Of a stretch of 24,000 bases of DNA, positions 6,586 to 13,190 are shown in pieces (position 1 is the first letter of the stretch; each line of letters starts with the position of its first letter). The DNA lies in contig NZ_JAHZAX010000005.1 in the NCBI RefSeq assembly GCF_019423705.1, positions 9,832-33,831 of the forward strand, read 5' to 3'. Source of the stretch: Ruminococcus sp. (GTDB lineage Bacteria > Bacillota > Clostridia > Oscillospirales > Ruminococcaceae). The notes under the pieces were generated by a model. It saw nothing but the letters and a program-made list of their open reading frames with translations. It made no database searches and was not told where the DNA came from. Made by a program: the position numbers and the translations under genes.

Positions 6586-7287
6586 ATGTATTTGGAGATC
6601 AAAGATGTAAAGAAAAGCTATGGTAAGGACGCAAGCTTTATGCAGGTGCTAAAGGGCGTAACAACAGGCGTCGAGAAAGGGCAGATGTGCGTTATTCAGG
6701 GCACGTCAGGTTCTGGTAAATCAACTCTGCTTAACTGTATCGGCGGACTTGATACAATGGATTCAGGATCAGTAAAAGTCGACGGCAAAGAAATTTTCGG
6801 GCTTAATCCCAACGACCTTTCCGATTACCGCCGTGATAATCTGGGCTTTATATTCCAGTTCTATAACCTCGTGCCGAATCTCACAGTCCGTGAAAATATT
6901 CAGGTCTGCCAGTATCTATCCGACAAGCCCCTCGATATGGACGAACTTCTCGACACTTTAGGTCTGACGGAACATCAGAATAAATTCCCCTCGCAGCTTT
7001 CAGGCGGCCAGCAGCAGCGCTGCGCTATCGCAAGAGCGCTTATCAAGAACCCAAAGCTCCTTCTCTGTGATGAGCCAACAGGCGCTCTCGATTCAAAAAC
7101 TTCACGGGATATCCTTATCCTGCTTGAAGAGATAAACGCAAAATACGGCACAACAATGCTTATCGTCACCCACAATAATTCTATCAAGAATATGGTTCAT
7201 AAGGTCATAATAATCAAGGACGGCCTTATCAAAAAGGACTATGAGAACGAAGTAAGAATACCTGCCGCAGAGCTGGAGGACTTGTAA
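6586..7287 (+). CDS. ABC transporter ATP-binding protein (MacB/LolD/FtsE-like)
   Basis: Walker A GTSGSGKST, signature LSGGQQQR, Walker B LLLCDEPTGALD, H-loop VTHN. The stop overlaps the permease start (TAATG). Confidence 0.93.
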   Translation: MYLEIKDVKKSYGKDASFMQVLKGVTTGVEKGQMCVIQGTSGSGKSTLLNCIGGLDTMDSGSVKVDGKEIFGLNPNDLSDYRRDNLGFIFQFYNLVPNLTVRENIQVCQYLSDKPLDMDELLDTLGLTEHQNKFPSQLSGGQQQRCAIARALIKNPKLLLCDEPTGALDSKTSRDILILLEEINAKYGTTMLIVTHNNSIKNMVHKVIIIKDGLIKKDYENEVRIPAAELEDL

Positions 7288-10013
7288 TGGGAAAAGTATT
7301 GAGAAAACGCCTGCTCCGTGATCTAAAGAGCAATTTTATGCGCTACGCTGCTCTCGTGCTGCTTATCGTAATGGGAATGTATATCGTTGTAAGCGTTTGC
7401 GGCGCAGCGGAAACTATCATAACAGGCACAGAAAATAAATGCGTCGATAACAATTGCGAGGACGGCCAGTTCACAGTTTTCGTCCCCCTTACAGACGACC
7501 AGCTTTCACAGCTTGAGGACAAAGGCGTTATCCTCGAAAAAATGTTTTCTTTGGATATCGAGGTTAGCGGCAACAAAGTCCTCCGTGTTATGCACACCCG
7601 TGAAAAGATAAACCTTATCGACCTTGACGAGGGCAGCCTTGCAAAGTCAAATGGCGAAGTCGTTTTGGAAAAACGCTATGCAGAGGAGAATAAAATCTCC
7701 CTCGGCGATACTGTCGAAATAGCAGGGGAGAGCTTTAAGGTAACAGGCATTGGCAGCGTGCCCGATTACGACCTGCCTGTAAAAAAGCTTTCCGATACCA
7801 GCGCTTCAAGCTCCGATTTCGGCCTTGCTTTCGTGACTGACCAGCAGTATGACGATATCCTCTCGGGAACTCAACAGAAAGCCGAAGAGTATACATATGC
7901 CTATACCCTCGGCAAGAAAATGACCGATGAAAAGCTCAAGCAGGCGATAAAAGACCTCAAGTTCGATTACACAGAAGTTGACGATAAATACTTCCAAGAA
8001 ACTATCAAGGACACAGTCGGCAAAAAGGACGACCTTGTAAATGGCATTGCCGAGCTTAAAGACGGCTCAAAAGAGCTTTCCGACGGTCTTTCAGAACTTG
8101 GCGGACATAACTATGAGCTTCGCAAAGGCGCAGAAGAGATATTCAAATACTATCTCCTCCAAGCCAATACCACAGTAGATAATTTCGGCGTAACAAAGGT
8201 TCTTAAAGCCGATAACTATGCCGATATCTTAGACGAAGCTATCAAAAGCGCCGATGATGAAACATCAAAAGAAGCCCTCACCACCATAAAGTCCACCCTC
8301 GATGAGCTCAAAGCATATTCCGACGGCGTTTCAGATTATACCGACGGCGTAAGAACAGCCGCCGACGGCTCTGATGAGCTTTATGACGGCATAAGCGAAC
8401 TCAAAAGCGAAACAGATAAATTCATCGACGAAGCTTTCGATATCGACATCGCAAATCTCACCTCATTCGTAACAGCCGCCGATAACCCGAGAATACTCGG
8501 CGCAAAGGGCGACCTCGTCCTCAATAAGCAGGTGAGCCTTGTGGCAGGCGTTATCGTGATGATACTCTTTACATACGTTATCTCCGTTTTCGTTATCCAC
8601 CAAATACAGCGTGAATCAAGCGTTATAGGCGCACTTTATGCCCTCGGCGTAAAGAAAAAAGACCTTGTGAAGCACTATATGACCATGCCGACAATAGTTT
8701 CGTTCATCGGCGGCGTCATCGGCGTAATCATCGCATTCACTCCGATAGGCATTTCATACCAAATGGAAGATACCTACGCATACTCCTCTATCCCCGAATT
8801 CACCCCCTCAATGCCAGCGTATCTTATAGTTTACAGCCTTATAATGCCGCCTGTCGTTTCCGTGATCGTGAACCTGCTCGTCATCAATAAAAAGCTTTCA
8901 CGCACAGCTCTTTCCCTTATCAAAAACGAGCAGAAGATAAGCACAGGAAAGAATATCGATCTGCGAGGCAAAAGCTTTGTAACAGCTTTCAGAATACGTC
9001 AAATGCTCCGTGAAGCAAGAACAGGCCTCACAGTTGTGTTCGGTATGCTCATCTCAATGCTTATCCTTATGATCGCCGTTGACTGCTACGTCCTCTGCGA
9101 TAACGTGGAAAAAGAAACAAATTCCGATACGAAATATCAGTATATGTATTCTCTCAAATATCCCGAAAAGCAAGTTCCAAAAGGCGGCACAGCGGTCTAT
9201 ACCGAAAGCCTTTCAAAGACCTATCTCGGCTATACCCTTGACGTGTCCGTAATGGGTATCGAGGAGGGCAATAAGTATTTCAATTGCACCCCCGTCAAGG
9301 GCAAATCAAAGGTGGTGATAAGCCGTTCCGTTCAGCAGAAATACGGCATTTCCGAGGGCGATAAGCTTATCCTCACAGATAACGCCAACGAAATGGATTA
9401 TGCTTTCACAGTCAGCGGCATAGCAGACTATTCAGCAGGCCTTGCAGTCTTTATGGATATCGACAGTATGCGTGAGCTTTTCGGCCAGTCTGAGGATTAT
9501 TACAACACAGTCCTCTCCGATAAAGCCCTTGATATCGATGAGGGCAGGCTCTACGCCGTCACCACAAAGCAGAATATCGAGCGTTCATCAAGAGTGTTCG
9601 CTGACCTTATGATGCCAATGGTGGTAATGCTCACCATCGTCTCTGCAATAATCTTCTTTACCGTAATGTATCTTATGCTCAACGTGATGATAGACCGTGC
9701 CTCATTCGGAATCTCCCTTATCAAGATATTCGGCTTCCGCACCAAAGAGATAAAGAAGCTCTATCTTAACGGCAATTTCTATATCATCACCATAGGCGCA
9801 CTTATCTGCGTGCCGCTCTCAAAGGCGATCTCCGACGCTATGTACCCCTACCTCATCTCAAACGCAAGCTGCGGAATGAACCTCGCCTTCCCTTGGTATC
9901 TCTATGTGATGATCTTTGGAGGCGTCCTACTGCTTTACTTTATCATCAATAGCCTTCTCGTAAGAAAGCTCGGCAAAGTCACCCCCGCTGAGGTACTCAA
10001 AAACAGAGAATAA
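7287..10013 (+). CDS. FtsX/MacB-type ABC transporter permease, 908 aa, two FtsX modules and a large extracytoplasmic coiled-coil domain
   Basis: The N-terminus LRDLKSNFMRYAALVLLIVMGMYIVV is the typical first TM. About 390 aa of hydrophilic loop follow, then TM clusters around aa 420-540 and 575-600. A second soluble domain follows, then a C-terminal FtsX module ending VTPAEVLKNRE. Confidence 0.88.
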   Translation: MGKVLRKRLLRDLKSNFMRYAALVLLIVMGMYIVVSVCGAAETIITGTENKCVDNNCEDGQFTVFVPLTDDQLSQLEDKGVILEKMFSLDIEVSGNKVLRVMHTREKINLIDLDEGSLAKSNGEVVLEKRYAEENKISLGDTVEIAGESFKVTGIGSVPDYDLPVKKLSDTSASSSDFGLAFVTDQQYDDILSGTQQKAEEYTYAYTLGKKMTDEKLKQAIKDLKFDYTEVDDKYFQETIKDTVGKKDDLVNGIAELKDGSKELSDGLSELGGHNYELRKGAEEIFKYYLLQANTTVDNFGVTKVLKADNYADILDEAIKSADDETSKEALTTIKSTLDELKAYSDGVSDYTDGVRTAADGSDELYDGISELKSETDKFIDEAFDIDIANLTSFVTAADNPRILGAKGDLVLNKQVSLVAGVIVMILFTYVISVFVIHQIQRESSVIGALYALGVKKKDLVKHYMTMPTIVSFIGGVIGVIIAFTPIGISYQMEDTYAYSSIPEFTPSMPAYLIVYSLIMPPVVSVIVNLLVINKKLSRTALSLIKNEQKISTGKNIDLRGKSFVTAFRIRQMLREARTGLTVVFGMLISMLILMIAVDCYVLCDNVEKETNSDTKYQYMYSLKYPEKQVPKGGTAVYTESLSKTYLGYTLDVSVMGIEEGNKYFNCTPVKGKSKVVISRSVQQKYGISEGDKLILTDNANEMDYAFTVSGIADYSAGLAVFMDIDSMRELFGQSEDYYNTVLSDKALDIDEGRLYAVTTKQNIERSSRVFADLMMPMVVMLTIVSAIIFFTVMYLMLNVMIDRASFGISLIKIFGFRTKEIKKLYLNGNFYIITIGALICVPLSKAISDAMYPYLISNASCGMNLAFPWYLYVMIFGGVLLLYFIINSLLVRKLGKVTPAEVLKNRE

Positions 10014-10045
10014 CACCATAATTTTAAGTTGAAACAAGCCCCCAT

Positions 10046-10114
10046 CGCCGCACCATAATATGCGAAAAACGTCGCAACTAAGCGCTTTTTGCAGTATGGT
10101 GCGGCGTTTGTCTT
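10046..10114 (+). terminator. long-stem terminator after the ABC operon
   Basis: CGCCGCACCATA (10046-10057) pairs perfectly with TATGGTGCGGCG (10095-10106), followed by TTTGTCTT. The interior can pair further. Confidence 0.6.
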
Positions 10115-10217
10115 GTAATACTATGGATAATGACGGCTTGAAGTTTAATTGTTACAAATATGCGCAGAATGGGTGTAATTATGTTATGCTTGTTACAACC
10201 TAAAGGAGGTAATGGAT

Positions 10218-10361
10218 ATGACAAACATCATCAAGAAGTACAGCACATTTATCGCAGCATTCGCAGTAACAGTCACAGCAATGGTCGCAAATTCAGCTTG
10301 CTGTTTCTGTATTAATCAGCCAAAAATGCCTGAGGGTTCAAAGAAACTCCGTAAGTTCTGA
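10218..10361 (+). CDS. agrD: AgrD-type cyclic-lactone autoinducer peptide precursor (47 aa)
   Basis: Too short for the ORF track. AAGGAGG (10203-10209), 8 nt, ATG 10218. The stop TGA (10359-10361) shares one nucleotide with the agrB ATG. Translation is MTNIIKKYSTFIAAFAVTVTAMVANSACCFCINQPKMPEGSKKLRKF, giving a hydrophobic leader, a Cys core and a Pro-containing charged tail. An in-frame ATG at 10212 is too close to the RBS. Confidence 0.8.
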   Translation: MTNIIKKYSTFIAAFAVTVTAMVANSACCFCINQPKMPEGSKKLRKF

Positions 10362-10942
10362 TGTTCTCAAAACTTGCAGATAAGGTCGCAGATATCGTTG
10401 TGGAAAGCGGCAAGGCGGATAAAGAGTCAAGGGATATCTATTCCTATGGCATAAACCAGGCTCTCACAGTCGTCCTTGATCTCGTCACCACACTAATTAT
10501 CGGTATCTGCTTCCATATGCTGTGGCAGATACTTCTGTTCGTCGGCGCATATGTGCCGCTGAGAAGTTTCTGCGGAGGCGTCCACGCAAAAACGCCACTG
10601 CGGTGTTATGCGTCCTCCGTCGTGTTGCTCATAGCTGTGGAACTTGCGGTGAAAAACTATATGCCAAGCGGCTATATCTTTATAGCGGCATATGTGATCT
10701 CAGCCCTGCTGATATTGACCCTTTCACCTGTTGAGGATCTTAACAAACCCCTTGATGACATTGAGCAAAAGGTTTATAAAAGAAGATCGCTTGTGATATG
10801 GCTTGTGGGATCGGTTCTGATCCTTGTGCTGTATCTGCTGAAATTCAAAACGGCCTCCCTGTGTATATTGCTTTCGCAAGCCGTGCTTGCAGTAATGCTG
10901 ATACTGGGCGTCATCAAGAACCGTGTTATAAGTGCGAGGTGA
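10361..10942 (+). CDS. agrB: AgrB family accessory gene regulator protein (membrane endopeptidase that processes AgrD)
   Basis: 193 aa and polytopic. The family motif LRSFCGGVHAKTPLRCY has His75 and Cys82 spaced seven residues apart, as I recall for the catalytic His77/Cys84 of S. aureus AgrB. Confidence 0.88.
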   Translation: MFSKLADKVADIVVESGKADKESRDIYSYGINQALTVVLDLVTTLIIGICFHMLWQILLFVGAYVPLRSFCGGVHAKTPLRCYASSVVLLIAVELAVKNYMPSGYIFIAAYVISALLILTLSPVEDLNKPLDDIEQKVYKRRSLVIWLVGSVLILVLYLLKFKTASLCILLSQAVLAVMLILGVIKNRVISAR

Positions 10943-10951
10943 CAATAGCGT

Positions 10952-11179
10952 TTGCAGCCCCGATCGACCCACATCTACAAATTCAGATTCAGCAAAAATA
11001 CATATAAAGCTGAGCGGGAGAAGCTAAAGAAAGTTCTGACAACACATAATATAAGGATAATAGATCAAAAAACCGGCGACGATCTCTGCTGTTGTATTAT
11101 CCTCGCAGGAAGTGAGAGAGATTTTCAGCGTGTGGAGAAGGTCTTCCGATCATTTGAAGATTTCCATATCCTCAAATGA
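10952..11179 (+). CDS. hypothetical small cytoplasmic protein (75 aa, TTG start), third gene of the agrDB transcription unit
   Basis: GAGGTGA overlaps the agrB stop, 9 nt before TTG 10952. That is the only start codon available after an in-frame TAG. No terminator separates it from agrB. The terminator at 11216 follows it. It contains DDLCCCIIL. I see no recognisable domain. Confidence 0.45.
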   Translation: MQPRSTHIYKFRFSKNTYKAEREKLKKVLTTHNIRIIDQKTGDDLCCCIILAGSERDFQRVEKVFRSFEDFHILK

Positions 11180-11215
11180 TGAAATAACCAATGCTAAGTA
11201 ATAATCCCCATATGG

Positions 11216-11258
11216 GCAAGTATCGCTTTGACCAAACCAGAGCGGTGCTTGCTTTTTT
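11216..11258 (+). terminator. intrinsic terminator closing agrD-agrB-orf75
   Basis: GCAAGTATCGC-(15 nt)-GCGGTGCTTGC gives an 11-bp stem with two G-U pairs, followed by TTTTTT. Confidence 0.7.
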
Positions 11259-11259
11259 G

Positions 11260-11288
11260 TTGACTATACTCAAATTTTGTGCTATGAT
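11260..11288 (+). promoter_or_regulatory. sigma-A promoter of the GNAT gene
   Basis: TTGACT (11260-11265), 17 nt, TATGAT (11283-11288). Confidence 0.55.
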
Positions 11289-11317
11289 ATTCATATCACA
11301 TAAAGGAGAAAACAAAA

Positions 11318-11761
11318 ATGATAAAAAAATTCACCCCAGCAGACAAAGCCGACTATATCCGCTTTGCCACAGAGTTTTACAATTCCGAAGCCGTTGATAA
11401 GCCCGTCCCTCAGTCACATTTTGAGGAAGGTTTTGACGAAATTATGCGCTCCGATATCTATGTACAGGGCTATATGCTGGTTTTTGATGACAAAAACGTT
11501 GGCTATTGCATAACAATGAAAACCTATTCTATCGAAGCAGGCGGCATAACCATTTGGATAGACGAGCTTTTCGTCCTGCCCGAATACCGCTCCAAAGGCC
11601 TTGGCAGAGAGCTTTTCAAGTTCATCGAGACCAATGGCGATAAAAAGCTCCGCCGTATCCGCCTCGAAGTGGAGGAAGAAAACAGCAGAGCCGTTTCGCT
11701 TTATAAGAAAATGGGCTTTGTACCAGCCCCATATGACGGAATGTGGAAAACTCTGCCTTAA
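11318..11761 (+). CDS. GNAT family N-acetyltransferase
   Basis: 147 aa. Acetyl-CoA motif A reads LFVLPEYRSKGLGRELFKFI, and the C-terminal segment AVSLYKKMGF is present. RBS is AAAGGAG. Confidence 0.88.
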   Translation: MIKKFTPADKADYIRFATEFYNSEAVDKPVPQSHFEEGFDEIMRSDIYVQGYMLVFDDKNVGYCITMKTYSIEAGGITIWIDELFVLPEYRSKGLGRELFKFIETNGDKKLRRIRLEVEEENSRAVSLYKKMGFVPAPYDGMWKTLP

Positions 11762-11762
11762 A

Positions 11763-12836
11763 TTATGGCTGGATAGTCCTCTCGTGTATCTCACGGGATA
11801 TCATATCGCACACTTTGTCAAGAGCCTTGAAATCCATTGCCGAAATGTAGTGATCTTCAATTTCGTCGTGGATCTTCTTGGCTTTCTTTATTGTTGCGTA
11901 AACCTCTTCCGCAAGATCGACCGCCGTCACCCTGTTGAGCCTGAGCCTTGCTTTCAGCGCCGATATCTTGCCCTTGTCGTAAAATCTCGACATATTGATA
12001 CATCTGTCAAAGCAATCAAGCTTGCTGATCGGCGTGTTCGCAACCAGCGCAATGCCGGCCTCGGGGATAAGCAAATGCTCATATACCGTGTTGTTGAATA
12101 TCACCGCAGGGCAGATGATAACGTCATACCCACGCTTCATCGCCTCTTCCGACATAAGCTTCACCAGCATATGTGAAGCCGCATAGTATTCATCGTTCAT
12201 CGCATAAACGTCAAGATAGCTCTCAAGGGTTTCCTTCTGGGTCATACAGCCGTATTCCGTCAAACAGGTGAGCTGCCTCATATCCGACTTGCCCTCGCCC
12301 GTGCCCTTGTTTCGGAATATCCTCTTTGCAAACCTATGTGCAAAGCCCTTTAGCTTCTCCACAAGCAAGCACCCCTCAGCGCAATTGTATGTGTCAAAGC
12401 AAACATTTGAAAGCGCCGTCGAAAATCTCTTCGACCTCGCTAATATCGATTTGTTTTTGTCCGTCACGTCGATTATCTCGTCCTTGAAGTCCGCAAGCTT
12501 TTTCTCATCCCAGTATTGCCCAAGGTTCACGATTTTCTGACAAACGCCGGGGTAATCACATTCCATAACGTGTGGCGCAGTTCCGTCGCAGATTATAGCC
12601 TTTGACCCGTGAAGCACCACAGCGTCCAATGAAGCAGGGTCGGAGGAGCAGTAAAACCTCGTGACGTGCTCCGTCGTCTCAAATTCGTTTGCGATCTTTT
12701 TCATAATGGACGATTTGCCCGTGCCTGCGCCCCCTTTAAGTATAAAGGTGAAAAAGCTTTTGTCCGCCATAATGCTGCGAAACTGCGTTGAAAAGCCCTG
12801 TGCGGTCATTGCGCCTAAAAAATATTTTTCTGACAT
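11763..12836 (-). CDS. P-loop NTPase of unknown function (resembles the Firmicute PRK06851-type 'hypothetical ATPase' family)
   Basis: MSEKYFLGAMTAQGFSTQF...FILKGGAGTGKSSIMKKI (Walker A), then CSSDPASLDAVV..AIICDGTAPHV. I chose ATG 12836 after GGAGGG rather than the track start at 12863. The family assignment is from memory of its N-terminal pattern. Confidence 0.7.
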   Translation of the reverse strand: MSEKYFLGAMTAQGFSTQFRSIMADKSFFTFILKGGAGTGKSSIMKKIANEFETTEHVTRFYCSSDPASLDAVVLHGSKAIICDGTAPHVMECDYPGVCQKIVNLGQYWDEKKLADFKDEIIDVTDKNKSILARSKRFSTALSNVCFDTYNCAEGCLLVEKLKGFAHRFAKRIFRNKGTGEGKSDMRQLTCLTEYGCMTQKETLESYLDVYAMNDEYYAASHMLVKLMSEEAMKRGYDVIICPAVIFNNTVYEHLLIPEAGIALVANTPISKLDCFDRCINMSRFYDKGKISALKARLRLNRVTAVDLAEEVYATIKKAKKIHDEIEDHYISAMDFKALDKVCDMISREIHERTIQP

Positions 12837-12994
12837 AAATTTCCCTCCTGATCCGAAACGCATAAATTATTGACCAAAGCGTTTCTGTTTTCAGTTTTAT
12901 AATATGTCAGAAAATCCCCATTTGTTCAAAAAAATCTTGAAGCCATATAACACACAATGACCGTGCAATACCATTCAAAACGTTGTGATCTAAC

Positions 12995-13047
12995 GGGCGA
13001 ACGTAAATTGTTGAGAGCTTTGTCGAACAACAATTTGCGCCCCTGCC
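12995..13047 (-). repeat. extended two-tier REP-like element (degenerate GGCA box)
   Basis: Minus strand reads GGCAGGGGCGC-AAATTGTTG-ttcgacaaagctct-CAACAATTT-ACGTTCGCCCGTTA. Outer GC arms flank an inner 9-bp AT stem. It is homologous to 20722-20774. Confidence 0.6.
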
Positions 13048-13067
13048 TATGAATATTGTGTTATGAA

Positions 13068-13097
13068 ATTGTAGGGGACGGCGTCCTCGACGTCCCA
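13068..13097 (+). repeat. REP-like 30-mer, copy 3 of 3
   Basis: Identical to 1788-1817 and 3892-3921. It forms an inverted doublet with 12995-13047. Confidence 0.8.
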
Positions 13098-13147
13098 TTT
13101 GTTTTCCACGTTTGCTTTTTTATTCACAAGTCATTGATTTAACTGTA

Positions 13148-13178
13148 CAAAAAACGGACAAGCCGTCAAGCCTGTCCG
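13148..13178 (-). terminator. intrinsic terminator of the alpha/beta hydrolase gene
   Basis: Minus strand reads CGGACAGG-cttgacgg-CTTGTCCG followed by TTTTTTGT. The stem has a G-U pair on the minus strand and an A-C mismatch on the plus strand. Confidence 0.7.
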
Positions 13179-13190
13179 CAAAATATCATA

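Noticed and set aside
6586-10013. BceAB-type bacitracin/lantibiotic resistance module
   Set aside because: BceB-type permeases are about 650 aa with a single large loop and are partnered with an adjacent two-component system. This permease is 908 aa with a coiled-coil loop and is partnered with a TetR regulator, so only the generic MacB/FtsX call is made.
11191-11397. 68-aa plus-strand ORF
   Set aside because: It spans the agr-operon terminator, the GNAT promoter and the GNAT RBS/start in another frame, and it has no RBS of its own.
10014-12900. agrC/agrA (histidine kinase or LytTR regulator) next to agrDB
   Set aside because: All frames on both strands were checked. The neighbours are a 75-aa ORF, a GNAT and a P-loop ATPase, with no polytopic kinase or receiver domain. 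The locus is therefore treated as orphan within this window.
1788-13097. Identical 30-mers as a possible CRISPR array
   Set aside because: The copies are kilobases apart, in both orientations and each in a different intergenic region. There is no regular repeat-spacer periodicity and there are no cas genes.
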